Both the position numbers and the translations under genes were made by a program. Shown piece after piece: positions 1 through 8,800 of a DNA stretch of 64,000 bases. The notes beneath the pieces were generated by a model. The model was not told where the DNA came from and made no database searches. It worked only from the letters and a program-made list of their open reading frames with translations. The stretch covers positions 149,232-213,231 of the IMG/VR virus record IMGVR_UViG_3300033463_000010. One strand, 5' to 3'. How positions within the stretch are numbered: the first letter of the stretch is position 1; the number at the start of each line of letters is the position of its first letter. The DNA is from a virus. Taxonomy: Duplodnaviria > Caudoviricetes.

Positions 1-27
1 GCATCACCATTAAATTCTTCGCAAAAC

Positions 28-258
28 TTACACATCCTGGGACTTCTCACGTTCACGTAATTTAGCCGATTCTTCCCATTCAACGTTGGGGTCAAACTTC
101 GGGTAGTTTTCAATTTCTTCTTCGCTCACTTTCTGTTTGAACGTCAATCGGGCATACTGCCGACATACGGGGCAGTAGTCGTTTTGCCAATCCATAAGGC
201 TGTCATAAGCGATTAGGGATTTGCATTTTCCGCATTTGTAGAGTCTGTTCCACAGCAT
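28..258 (-). CDS. small Zn-ribbon hypothetical protein
   Basis: CGKC...CPVC pairs; in co-directional operon. Confidence 0.6.
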   Translation of the reverse strand: MLWNRLYKCGKCKSLIAYDSLMDWQNDYCPVCRQYARLTFKQKVSEEEIENYPKFDPNVEWEESAKLREREKSQDV

Positions 259-452
259 TTCTTATACTCCCTTAAATCACGCCCGCACATCGGGCAAAAG
301 TTAATCGTAGCACTTTCGTCGCCATAACACTCTATACGAAAACCCGTCGGGCTTTTATACAGGTGGAAGCGGTCGGTGCAGTCCCAAAAGTCTTCCCCGC
401 TTATATCCCTGCCAATATCACCAATCAATTTTTCGCAATACTCACACGCCAT
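213..452 (-). CDS. Zn-ribbon protein (CxYC...INFCPMCGR family)
   Basis: MACEYC...INFCPMCGRDL; paralog of 442..651 and 2492..2758. Confidence 0.65.
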   Translation of the reverse strand: MACEYCEKLIGDIGRDISGEDFWDCTDRFHLYKSPTGFRIECYGDESATINFCPMCGRDLREYKKCCGTDSTNAENANP

Positions 453-651
453 TATTCGCCCCCGTGAGGTCCCTGCCACAGACGGGACAGAACTTGATTA
501 TGGCATAGATAGCACCCTGGTCCGCATTCAAGGAATACACCCCGTCTTTCGTGCGGTCAATGTAAATCCTGCTGCAAGACTGTTCCCCGCTTATATCCAG
601 GTCCACGTTGTATTCGGGCAGCGGGTCGTTATGTTCACAATACTTACACAT
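442..651 (-). CDS. Zn-ribbon protein (CxYC...FCPVCGR family)
   Basis: MCKYC...IKFCPVCGRDL; ACCGAGG RBS. Confidence 0.7.
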   Translation of the reverse strand: MCKYCEHNDPLPEYNVDLDISGEQSCSRIYIDRTKDGVYSLNADQGAIYAIIKFCPVCGRDLTGANNGV

Positions 652-937
652 TTGTTTTTACCTCGGTTTTATAGCACCATTTCCAGGAACCGCTAGACTT
701 CACGTAACGGATTCGTCCCTTGTAAAAGAAATGGAACCCGTCTTTGTTTGCCCCGTCCTGGTTTCCATAGTTGCACATATACACAGTAGTTGACGAATCA
801 ATGAACCCGTCTTTCGGGGGAGCCACATAAATCCAAACGTCACATTTCGGGCGTTCTTCGTCAAATGTCTTCCAGGGTATAGTCACGGTTTCGGTAATCA
901 TTTCAAGCAGTCCCCATTTGCGTAGGGGTCCACGCAT
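644..937 (-). CDS. hypothetical protein
   Basis: ORF tiling; WKTFDEERP motif typical of small phage proteins. Confidence 0.55.
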   Translation of the reverse strand: MRGPLRKWGLLEMITETVTIPWKTFDEERPKCDVWIYVAPPKDGFIDSSTTVYMCNYGNQDGANKDGFHFFYKGRIRYVKSSGSWKWCYKTEVKTNV

Positions 938-1045
938 TCAATCGTGATTTCGTCTTGATAGTGCGTGATTACGTCCACGATACGGAATACCCCGTGCGTC
1001 GTGTTGACATACACTTCTGCGTCCAGGTTTAGTGCGTGACTTAAT

Positions 1046-1258
1046 TTATTTAGAAGTTCGTGTCCGTCCATTTTTCTTTTCCTTTAAAGACCAGGCTATG
1101 AATGCGTCGCTACACGTTTCGTATTTCTGTTCCTTACGTTTGCCGTCTGCATAGCAGAACGACTTCGCAGGGCACGTCTTACAGTTTTCGTTCATTACGG
1201 ATTCAATGAGCCTGCTAATGTTCTTTGCGTTTCTTACAAAGTGCTGCAAGTTGTTCAT
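1046..1258 (-). CDS. hypothetical Cys-rich protein
   Basis: TAATG coupling with upstream gene. Confidence 0.6.
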   Translation of the reverse strand: MNNLQHFVRNAKNISRLIESVMNENCKTCPAKSFCYADGKRKEQKYETCSDAFIAWSLKEKKNGRTRTSK

Positions 1259-1605
1259 TACTGCTCCCAGGTGATTACAAAGTATTTCTTACCAGGCTCC
1301 GCACCCCATTCGGGTCGTCCTGTATCAATGCGGATTTTCGGTTTCTTGAACACAAGCCGTCGGGACATATCGTCTTTCTTCGGATAGCTCAAGGTGAACA
1401 CAAGCGTGTCAAAGTCCTTTCGGATTTCAAAGTAAATGGACCCCGCAGGATTAAGCCACGGTTGGTTAGGGTTCTTTTCGTAGCACAGGCGACTATACCA
1501 AAATTCTTTCAGTTCCCTGTATTCTTCAAGTTTGACCCCGCTCTTAATAAGGTCAAACCATTCCTTTTTCAAGGACAACGTAAGTGTGGTGCTTCTTTTT
1601 CTCAC
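1258..1605 (-). CDS. ASCH/PUA-like domain protein
   Basis: LTLSLKKEWFDLIKSGVKLEEYRE matches the ASCH GxKxxExR signature. Confidence 0.75.
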   Translation of the reverse strand: MRKRSTTLTLSLKKEWFDLIKSGVKLEEYRELKEFWYSRLCYEKNPNQPWLNPAGSIYFEIRKDFDTLVFTLSYPKKDDMSRRLVFKKPKIRIDTGRPEWGAEPGKKYFVITWEQ

Positions 1606-1805
1606 AGTTCAATCCCCATAGAGGCTTCTAGTTCCTGGTCTTTCAAACGCTTGTATTTAGCAAGTGTCCGTAAATTGAAAATGCAGCCCTCTTCGTCTTT
1701 TCGCAACCTATCGTCGTCGGGGAAATCATTAAAGACTTCGCAGTATTCGTCTGCGTCTTCTAGCCCCACTTCGTAGCGGTGATACGGACACTTGCTGCAC
1801 TTCAT
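1602..1805 (-). CDS. hypothetical Cys-rich protein
   Basis: ORF tiling. Confidence 0.6.
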   Translation of the reverse strand: MKCSKCPYHRYEVGLEDADEYCEVFNDFPDDDRLRKDEEGCIFNLRTLAKYKRLKDQELEASMGIEL

Positions 1806-1808
1806 ACG

Positions 1809-2015
1809 CTACACCTTACGCAAGCATTCAGCGTCAAAGTAGCCACGGTAGCCCTGCAAGAACACAACTTCGTCCCCGCTGCAAGCCTGGAATGAATCGC
1901 CACGGCAGGACCACACCTTGCCCTTGTTGTTTTCCGCTTCCAGGCAGTCAACCATTTCTACCTGGTCGCCATCGTGAAATTTCGGGGTAAATTCTTTTTC
2001 GGTTTTCTTTGCCAT
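1809..2015 (-). CDS. hypothetical protein (small beta-barrel-like)
   Basis: AAGGAAA RBS; KFHDGDQV motif. Confidence 0.65.
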   Translation of the reverse strand: MAKKTEKEFTPKFHDGDQVEMVDCLEAENNKGKVWSCRGDSFQACSGDEVVFLQGYRGYFDAECLRKV

Positions 2016-2037
2016 TTTTGTTTTCCTTGTTGTTGGT

Positions 2038-2244
2038 TTAATACGTTCCCGAAATGCTAGTGATTTCTTGCATCGGGAAATCGTGTTGTTTCAAATAGTC
2101 ACGGCAGCATTCACACAGTCTAACCGTGCGAAGTTCCTGGCGGTCCTGGATTTGGACTCGTTTGTGGTTGTCGCCTGTCCCACGTTTCCCGCACTTAAAG
2201 CATTCGTAGATAGGTTCGCCATTGGGTGCAGTTGCTACTACCAT
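2038..2244 (-). CDS. Zn-finger hypothetical protein
   Basis: AAGGA RBS before ATG at 2244; CFKC...CECC. Confidence 0.55.
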   Translation of the reverse strand: MVVATAPNGEPIYECFKCGKRGTGDNHKRVQIQDRQELRTVRLCECCRDYLKQHDFPMQEITSISGTY

Positions 2245-2258
2245 ATTGATATTCCTTG

Positions 2259-2489
2259 TTAAGCCTTTATATGAATTTTGTCGCTTCCGAATTGACGTGT
2301 GATACGGACGGGACGTAGTTCTTTTACCCAATATACGCACCCGCAATTACGGCACCAATATGCCCTGCTGCCGTCATATCCGCAGCCGACTACCTTACGC
2401 TCGCAGGAACTAGGACAGTCACAGGGCTGCTTCAATTCTGTAATCTTGTCCCAATCGGGGGCTTTACGCCAATCTTCGTCGCTTACCAT
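2259..2489 (-). CDS. Cys-rich hypothetical protein
   Basis: GGAG RBS; CRNCG. Confidence 0.6.
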   Translation of the reverse strand: MVSDEDWRKAPDWDKITELKQPCDCPSSCERKVVGCGYDGSRAYWCRNCGCVYWVKELRPVRITRQFGSDKIHIKA

Positions 2490-2491
2490 AA

Positions 2492-2758
2492 TTACACTCC
2501 AAATTTACCGCCAAAGAATGCCTTGAACGCTTCAAAATTTTTAGGGATTTCCCATTCCTTGTGCGGACGCTTCACCCTGTCTTCGGGCTGAATTTCACGA
2601 CCGCATACAGGGCAGAAGTTAATCGGCATTTCAAGCGTTTCGTTCTCAAAGTAAACCCGCAGATTACCGTATTGGATATTAGCCCCGTGGCGAAGCAGTT
2701 TCTTGCCTACCAGGGTTATGGGGTTATACTTGCAATACATACAGGGTTCTTTATTCAC
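2492..2758 (-). CDS. Zn-ribbon protein (CxYC...INFCPVCGR family)
   Basis: CMYC...INFCPVCGRE. Confidence 0.65.
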   Translation of the reverse strand: MNKEPCMYCKYNPITLVGKKLLRHGANIQYGNLRVYFENETLEMPINFCPVCGREIQPEDRVKRPHKEWEIPKNFEAFKAFFGGKFGV

Positions 2759-2767
2759 GGGGGCACC

Positions 2768-3202
2768 TCATTTAAGGTTCTTGAACGGGACCCATTGAAC
2801 GTCAATACGGTTTCGCTCAAAAATTTGGTCCGTTAGATACACCAGGCACGGATAAGCCGTAGGATAGCCGAAAGCCATATCCCTGCAAGCCTTCTTCGTG
2901 TAGCCGTGCCCTACGGCATACAGGCTTTTGTCAAACCCGCTTTGCGTTTGGCAGTAGAACAGGTTCCCGAAGATACGGAAACAGTTGGGCTTCATTTTGT
3001 CGCCCGTGGGCTGTGCCCGCAGAAACGTTTGGCAGGACTGTGCCAGGGCTATGAGCATAAGGCTACGGGACACGTCCTCGTTGCGGAACTTGAAAGCGGA
3101 CTGCGTAAGGTCTAATCCCTGGTTGAACAGTCCGACCTTGCCGATGCCCTTGAACTTCTTACGGTCCAGGTAAATAATGTCACTTTTTGGAATTTCTTGC
3201 AT
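2768..3202 (-). CDS. hypothetical protein
   Basis: GAGGA RBS before MQEIPK. Confidence 0.55.
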   Translation of the reverse strand: MQEIPKSDIIYLDRKKFKGIGKVGLFNQGLDLTQSAFKFRNEDVSRSLMLIALAQSCQTFLRAQPTGDKMKPNCFRIFGNLFYCQTQSGFDKSLYAVGHGYTKKACRDMAFGYPTAYPCLVYLTDQIFERNRIDVQWVPFKNLK

Positions 3203-3581
3203 TTTGGCGGTCCTCGTATTTCTTGTAAGCCTTTTCAATTCGGCTAACAGCGTCTTCCAGGGGAATGTTGCCCTTGACGCTATCACGACTAGCTTCTTCG
3301 GGAGTAAGGAAATCGGCCCCCATAAATTCGTAAAAACCTAGCTTATGCCCGTAGGAACCGTGGTGACAGATTACGTCACCGTCGGACCACGGGAACGTAA
3401 CAGCGTCACCGTGGTTATATACCTTGCCTAGCTTGAACGGGATATTCTTTTCTTTCAGCTTGTCCGTGAGCCGTGCGATATACGGGGCACCGTTGAAGTT
3501 CTCAACGTTGCCTACTATCGTCATAGCCATAAGGGATTCAAGCATATCCACATCGGCTTCGGTCATTTGTTCTTTTGCCAT
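3180..3581 (-). CDS. hypothetical protein
   Basis: GGAG RBS before MAKEQ; ICHHGSYG motif. Confidence 0.65.
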   Translation of the reverse strand: MAKEQMTEADVDMLESLMAMTIVGNVENFNGAPYIARLTDKLKEKNIPFKLGKVYNHGDAVTFPWSDGDVICHHGSYGHKLGFYEFMGADFLTPEEASRDSVKGNIPLEDAVSRIEKAYKKYEDRQNARNSKK

Positions 3582-3591
3582 AAATACTCCA

Positions 3592-3906
3592 TTATCTGCG
3601 GAAAGCATAGTTCAAGGGTTTGTTCAACGACCACATATTCAGCACGGGGTCATACGGGAACGCCACGCCAGGATTTGCCCTGCGGATGCTCTTGATACGT
3701 GCTGCGACCTGCACCTTATGAATGCAGTCAAAGAACACGAACTTGTAATCGCCATACGGTAAGGTCCAATGCTTCGTGGAACCGCCACGCTTCTTCATAC
3801 GCAAGTAGCTGTCGGCTGCTTCAAAGCCCAGGTCCTTGTAGAACTGCGGAACGGTATCATAACCTTTGGCGGTGAGCCATTTTGGAATACGGGCGGTTTT
3901 GGGCAT
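3592..3906 (-). CDS. early hypothetical protein
   Basis: first gene after early promoter; AACCGAGGATAGC RBS. Confidence 0.7.
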   Translation of the reverse strand: MPKTARIPKWLTAKGYDTVPQFYKDLGFEAADSYLRMKKRGGSTKHWTLPYGDYKFVFFDCIHKVQVAARIKSIRRANPGVAFPYDPVLNMWSLNKPLNYAFRR

Positions 3907-3984
3907 TGAGCTATCCTCGGTTAAAGTGGTTGTTTCTTTACACCCTAAATATAACAATTTACCTAGTCCCTGTCAATAGGTAAA
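3907..3984 (-). promoter_or_regulatory. early sigma70-type promoter + conserved leader (copy 1)
   Basis: TTGACA-17-TATATT with TG extension; inverted repeat TTTACCTA/TAGGTAAA around -35; ACAACCAC..AACCGAGGA leader. Confidence 0.85.
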
Positions 3985-3999
3985 CTGAAAAATTTTAAA

Positions 4000-4038
4000 A
4001 ATAAAAATGCCCCGCAGGTCGTGAAATCCTGCGGGGCA
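4000..4038 (-). terminator. rho-independent terminator
   Basis: TGCCCCGCAGG/CCTGCGGGGCA stem plus T tract. Confidence 0.8.
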
Positions 4039-4056
4039 CCCAACCACCCCTAGCGG

Positions 4057-4848
4057 TTACTTTTCACCCAAAAGTTCACGGGGAATCCACTTGCCCGTTC
4101 GGGCACGGTGGATATAGTTTTCGGCTTTCTGCAAGTCAATTTCCACGCTGTCCTTGCGACCCACACGAAGGATATACTTCAAAGCAGACGCACACAGGAA
4201 CTTTTGCGTAAGCGTCAACTTGCAATCCATTTCCATAAAGTTTTCCAGGATAGCAATAGACTCAATGCCTAGCTTTTCTAGTCCCTTATAGTGCGAGGGG
4301 TCCGTGGCTTTCTTGACCTGCTCAACGGCTTCATTCGGTTCACTCATTTTTTCGTTCCTTTGGTTAATAATGGTTTCACAATTATAGTACTTTCCTAGCT
4401 CCGTGAATACTAGGGCTTTCAACCGCTGCACGGTTTTATCCGTAAGAATGTCGTCTAGTTCGTTGAGCGTTAGGCGGTGCTTGACGGGTTCGGTGTGTTC
4501 TACGTCTGCCGTCCACGACTTGCCCAATTCAACCATAGCACGGTCCGTGTAGCTAAATTCTAGTGTAATCTTATGCGGGTCCTTTTCACGGGGACCCCCC
4601 AACACATTCAAGGTGTCCGTCCTGTAAAGCGTTATCTTGAACGGGTTAATTAAAAGACCGTCATTCTCAAACACGCAGAGCCAATTCACGTCAAGGTCCT
4701 GCGTATGGTATGAAACTACGTCCTGGACGTATTTGGAATGCTCCAACACGTCCTGCAAATTGAACAGGCGTATGTTTGGATTTTCCAGGTATGTCTGTAT
4801 AAACGATTTAGCCATTACTGCGGTTCCCCTGCGTGGCTTGTCTGCCAC
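4057..4848 (-). CDS. hypothetical N-terminal domain fused to DUF3310-like (T7 gp1.7 nucleotide kinase-like) domain
   Basis: DPSHY...ALKYILRVGRK...DLQKAENY; internal RBS+ATG at 4347. Confidence 0.65.
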   Translation of the reverse strand: MADKPRRGTAVMAKSFIQTYLENPNIRLFNLQDVLEHSKYVQDVVSYHTQDLDVNWLCVFENDGLLINPFKITLYRTDTLNVLGGPREKDPHKITLEFSYTDRAMVELGKSWTADVEHTEPVKHRLTLNELDDILTDKTVQRLKALVFTELGKYYNCETIINQRNEKMSEPNEAVEQVKKATDPSHYKGLEKLGIESIAILENFMEMDCKLTLTQKFLCASALKYILRVGRKDSVEIDLQKAENYIHRARTGKWIPRELLGEK

Positions 4849-5249
4849 GATATATGGATTAGTTCGTCCTTGTGGTGCGTGTCGGGAACGATACGGAACC
4901 CACGGCTACGAAGCGAATCCTTGACGGCATTACGGTATTTCTTTGCGTCCACATACTTGAAGTAGGTGTTTTCAAAAGCCGAGGTGTCAACCGTCACTTC
5001 ACATTTACGGTCTTTCGCAGCATCGTCTATGAGAGCTAGGACCTGGTAAAGCATTTTGTTGGCGTGTTCACGGACTTTCTTGTGCATAACTTTCTGTGCG
5101 GTCTTCGTCACTAATTGTGCTTCGGCACAGGTGTAATTCTTGATACGGTCCCGTTTCCGCTTATAGTATATAACCCCCAGGACAATGCCTACGGCTATAA
5201 GCAACAATACGGACGTTACCGCAATCAAGAATACAGGTGACGCACACAT
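4815..5249 (-). CDS. membrane-anchored hypothetical protein
   Basis: N-terminal hydrophobic helix followed by KRKR. Confidence 0.65.
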   Translation of the reverse strand: MCASPVFLIAVTSVLLLIAVGIVLGVIYYKRKRDRIKNYTCAEAQLVTKTAQKVMHKKVREHANKMLYQVLALIDDAAKDRKCEVTVDTSAFENTYFKYVDAKKYRNAVKDSLRSRGFRIVPDTHHKDELIHISWQTSHAGEPQ

Positions 5250-5251
5250 AG

Positions 5252-6109
5252 CTAGGTCTTGTCCTTGACAACGTAATCGTCAATGATTACGGGGTGAACA
5301 TACACTGTGGAATTGGAGCTACCTTCAAACGTGATAACCTGGTAGCCAGGAATAGGAATAGCTACGCAGTCCTTTGAATACGGGTCAATTTGACACTGAA
5401 TGCCAGGGCATACGTGCATATTGACATCTACCCCGTCAAGCCTGCTGTTAATGGTCGTAGCGTTCACAGTGGCTAAATGGTGGAAATGCCCACAGAAGTA
5501 TTCAAAAGTGTAGGGTGCTATCAAGTCGCCCACTTCTGCGGGAAGCAGGTTATCCTTCATAAAGCGGTGATACAGGCGGGAATTTTGGAACGGCTTGTGC
5601 GTGAACAGCAGCGTGTCTGCCGTGTTCCACTTGTTTTCCAATACGTGAGCAGCAAGTTTGGTAATGCCCTTGTAAGGGTCCACCGTTCCCGAATCCAGGA
5701 CAACAAGCGTCTTGCTGCCAACAGTAGCAAACAAGCACTGACCGCCAACGTCCTTGAAACCGTCGGTCTGCTTTAAGCCCCACTGCAAACAGGGAAGAAC
5801 TTTGCCTGCTACTTCTGTAAGGATTGCACGGTTGTCGTGATTCCCAGGCGTGACAAGCAGCGGGGACTTTTCGTCCTTGCGAAGTTCAAGTGCGTCCTTG
5901 AAGACCTTTTCGTAACGTTCACGCTTTACGTCGTCGGAAACTTTCGGGTCGTCGTCAACAATGTCGCCCGTAATCACGATAGCGTCGTAACCCGTAGGCA
6001 GTGTCTTTTGGGCACTGCGAACAACTGCGTCCCATTGGTCAGCAGTATCAAATTTGCCGTCGTAATCCGCACCGTAATGAATGTCGGATAGCTGCAAAAT
6101 GTTATACAT
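5252..6109 (-). CDS. calcineurin-like metallophosphoesterase (CpdA/Icc-like)
   Basis: SDIH, TGDIVD, PGNHD, THKP, CGHFH motifs. Confidence 0.9.
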   Translation of the reverse strand: MYNILQLSDIHYGADYDGKFDTADQWDAVVRSAQKTLPTGYDAIVITGDIVDDDPKVSDDVKRERYEKVFKDALELRKDEKSPLLVTPGNHDNRAILTEVAGKVLPCLQWGLKQTDGFKDVGGQCLFATVGSKTLVVLDSGTVDPYKGITKLAAHVLENKWNTADTLLFTHKPFQNSRLYHRFMKDNLLPAEVGDLIAPYTFEYFCGHFHHLATVNATTINSRLDGVDVNMHVCPGIQCQIDPYSKDCVAIPIPGYQVITFEGSSNSTVYVHPVIIDDYVVKDKT

Positions 6110-6328
6110 TTAATCCTCGGTTGTTAAATGGTTATCCACCCATTCGGAGCCTAACAGGACGGCAATAGCGTAGTAAATGCCTTCTTCGTAGCCTGCACCA
6201 AATGAGCGTTCGTCCAACGTGGGGTCCTTTGCGGACGCTATACGGAACGCACTAGAACCCTCACGGATAGTCTTGTAGTTCTTTACGGAGTTGAGCAGTC
6301 CCGTAACTTCTGCGTCCGTGACCTGCAT
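6110..6328 (-). CDS. hypothetical protein
   Basis: ORF tiling, TAATG coupling. Confidence 0.6.
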   Translation of the reverse strand: MQVTDAEVTGLLNSVKNYKTIREGSSAFRIASAKDPTLDERSFGAGYEEGIYYAIAVLLGSEWVDNHLTTED

Positions 6329-6801
6329 TACTTCTTTGCCTTTTTCGGGGCAGCAGCCTTGACGGTCTTGTAGGTGCCGTTACTCCAAACGAACTTGTCA
6401 CCGTAATCCGTCACGATTGTAAAGTTCTTGACATTAGACAACGGCTTGTTATCCACGCCCAGGACGTTCGGTTCCTTACGGACAATATCAAAGCAGAAGC
6501 CGAACATACTTTCACCGATTTCTGCGATTGTCTTTGTGTTAATGTCAAAGTCAAGGGCTACGGTCTTCGGATAGATTTTGAACTTCACGAAGCACCTTAC
6601 GGACTTCTTACCCACGACAAGCGTATAGGGGATATGGAGCATCACTGCGTCTTCAGTGCGTTCCTTGATTGTGGCGTTGGTATAAAGAGCCAGGGCGTGA
6701 ACACACAGGTTGCCTACTTCGCTAGAAGCAGCCTTTTTAGCACGGGGCTTCTTCGGGGTGGCAGTCTTTGTTTCAGTCTTGGGGGCAATCTTTTTAGCCA
6801 T
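6328..6801 (-). CDS. basic hypothetical protein
   Basis: AAGGAAA RBS before MAKKIAPK; follows phage promoter at 6836. Confidence 0.65.
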   Translation of the reverse strand: MAKKIAPKTETKTATPKKPRAKKAASSEVGNLCVHALALYTNATIKERTEDAVMLHIPYTLVVGKKSVRCFVKFKIYPKTVALDFDINTKTIAEIGESMFGFCFDIVRKEPNVLGVDNKPLSNVKNFTIVTDYGDKFVWSNGTYKTVKAAAPKKAKK

Positions 6802-6851
6802 AGGTTTTCCTTTGTTAAATAGTTTTCTAATACATATATAGTCGCTTAACG

Positions 6852-7055
6852 TCATAATTTGCGAGCGGGTATGCTATCCGAGGATAACGCCCAGGCGACT
6901 ACACCATCCAGGCGGGTCCCGTCGGGTCGTGCCCAGGTCTTGTTCCTGCGGTTGTAAATACCCTCTTCAACAAATCCGTCGGCACTTTTTGTTAGGACTT
7001 TTAGAACTTCTTTATTGGGTGTTCCCCAGGCAACGGGGACCCACTTAATCTTCAT
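6852..7055 (-). CDS. DUF551-like small protein
   Basis: W..V...P...VL...V.AW pattern. Confidence 0.5.
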   Translation of the reverse strand: MKIKWVPVAWGTPNKEVLKVLTKSADGFVEEGIYNRRNKTWARPDGTRLDGVVAWALSSDSIPARKL

Positions 7056-7092
7056 ATTGGTTTCTTCTTGCATTTATACTCACTTGTTTACT

Positions 7093-7175
7093 AAAATGCC
7101 CGTGGGGGCGACTCGGTAAGTCACGGGTGTTTAGGTGTTTGAGAATAGTGCGGTCGTCGCACTTGCCCCCGTAAG
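7093..7175 (-). promoter_or_regulatory. structured intergenic element (terminator/antiterminator candidate)
   Basis: CCCGTG/CACGGG stem plus T run, competing GGGGGC/GCCCCC pairing, inner AGTGCG/CGCACT hairpin. Confidence 0.45.
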
Positions 7176-7183
7176 GCTAATAT

Positions 7184-7531
7184 CTAATCGTTGTATCGCT
7201 TTTGGAAAGCCTGCAACAATTCCTTTGTTTCCATAAGTTCCGATTTCAACGCTTTGTTTTCTTCCTGGAAGCGTTCAACTTGGGACCCGCAATCCGTATG
7301 AGGCTTTCGCTGCAAGTCCCACAGGTTCTTTTCAAGGTCCGTAATCTTTTCTTTCATTCGCAGAATGCAAGCGTCTTTTGTGTCCGCAGCGTCCTGCAAC
7401 TTCTTGATAGTTTCGTCCTTTGATTTAAGAACTTCGTCAACGTCGTCCTTTGCGTAGCAGAAGATAGCCCCGTCGCACGGGTTAAGCATTTTCTTCTGTG
7501 GGATAGCACAGATAAGTTTGAGTTCGGTCAT
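7184..7531 (-). CDS. coiled-coil hypothetical protein
   Basis: AAGGAA RBS; heptad pattern. Confidence 0.65.
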   Translation of the reverse strand: MTELKLICAIPQKKMLNPCDGAIFCYAKDDVDEVLKSKDETIKKLQDAADTKDACILRMKEKITDLEKNLWDLQRKPHTDCGSQVERFQEENKALKSELMETKELLQAFQKRYND

Positions 7532-7542
7532 AGCGGGTTCCT

Positions 7543-8067
7543 TTAATGTTTGCGGACAAGCACCAGGCGAAGCATAATTTCGGAATCAATCGGCTGCTCA
7601 ATACAGGGCTTGCTGTTTTCCAGGGTTGCACCTAGACCGCCACGCAATCCAAGCAATCCGAGGGTCCCGTCGTCTTTCATTCCCCAGGTTCCCAAGAGCG
7701 ATTCGCTCAACGGGTTATCCTGGCTAATGTCTTGGAGCATAGCGGGTCGCCACTGCGTTCGGAACTTCTTAATCACACGTTCGGCAGCGGACCTGGTGTA
7801 GTAGGCGTGACCCGTTTGGAGCGAATAATCAATCCCAGGCATATCATCGTCATAAAGGGTTTCCTGGTATTTCGGTCCGTCAATCTTCGGATAGATATAC
7901 GCTTTCAAAAGGGACTGCAAAGAACGGCAGGCATAGTCAATGGCTCCCGTAATCTTGCGGAGTTTGTTATCGTCAATGCCTGCGATATTTGTGGCTGCGT
8001 CGGTAATGTCCTTGTTGGTCTTACGCAGCGAATGAGAAATCTGTTTAAGTCTGCAAATGTTTTCCAT
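7543..8067 (-). CDS. hypothetical protein
   Basis: GAGG RBS. Confidence 0.65.
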   Translation of the reverse strand: MENICRLKQISHSLRKTNKDITDAATNIAGIDDNKLRKITGAIDYACRSLQSLLKAYIYPKIDGPKYQETLYDDDMPGIDYSLQTGHAYYTRSAAERVIKKFRTQWRPAMLQDISQDNPLSESLLGTWGMKDDGTLGLLGLRGGLGATLENSKPCIEQPIDSEIMLRLVLVRKH

Positions 8068-8301
8068 TAAATGCCTCTATTGTAGTGAATTGTATATAAG
8101 GTTCCACACCATATTAACCACTTCTTGTTCTTCTAGGTAATCTTGCTTGGAGGTTCAACATTCGTTCCTGCCAACTAATCAACGCATTCTTTTTTTTGCA
8201 GAATGTCATCCACGTCTTTCGCTAGATAGGCACGATGCTCAATACCATTTATTTTTATCGGATATGATTTCAAAGTGTCGGTTAATTTACTCATTTTAAT
8301 C

Positions 8302-8568
8302 CTACCATCGTAGCATATTGATAAAGAAGATAAAACGGGGTCCTCTTGATTTGTCGCCATAGCGTCTAAATTTTTCTGCACGGTAGGTTTCACCCCCGCT
8401 AGGCAAATACTTAAAATCACGCATAAACTTGGAAAGTTCGTGTGCATATTCTTTCAACAATGCCTGTCTTTTCAATAAGTTATCCGTGCGACGTATAACC
8501 TTTGAACGGAAGGCTAATTTTTCAAGACCATCAAAATAACCTTTAACATATTTTTCAAACTCATTCAT
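8302..8568 (-). CDS. hypothetical protein (AT-rich)
   Basis: GAGG RBS; downstream of phage promoter at 8625. Confidence 0.55.
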   Translation of the reverse strand: MNEFEKYVKGYFDGLEKLAFRSKVIRRTDNLLKRQALLKEYAHELSKFMRDFKYLPSGGETYRAEKFRRYGDKSRGPRFIFFINMLRW

Positions 8569-8627
8569 TTAGGACCTCATATAAACAGACTTGATTGGGC
8601 ATTGTATATAATCCCATATTATAGATA

Positions 8628-8800
8628 TAGTCGGTTAGCGTAAACAGCCGTTCATATCACGGGCTACCCACACTTTAATGTTGTGCAGGTTTCCTGCTTC
8701 ATAGAACCACTACTTTTTAGGTCTATCACTAGACGGTCATCCATAGGCGGGTTCTCCCCAGGCTTACTTTCGGGTGGAACGCACCCTACGTCTAAAAGTC
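8628..8800 (-). ncRNA. putative omega-RNA scaffold plus guide of TnpB
   Basis: overlaps tnpB 3' end as known for TnpB loci; hairpins GTCTAGTGATAGAC and CCTGCAC..GTGTGGG; boundaries approximate. Confidence 0.5.

Noticed and set aside
4039-4050. GTGGTTG (antisense to CAACCAC) just before the 4.0k terminator
   Set aside because: Only a 7-nt match, which could be chance; not counted as a second antisense element.
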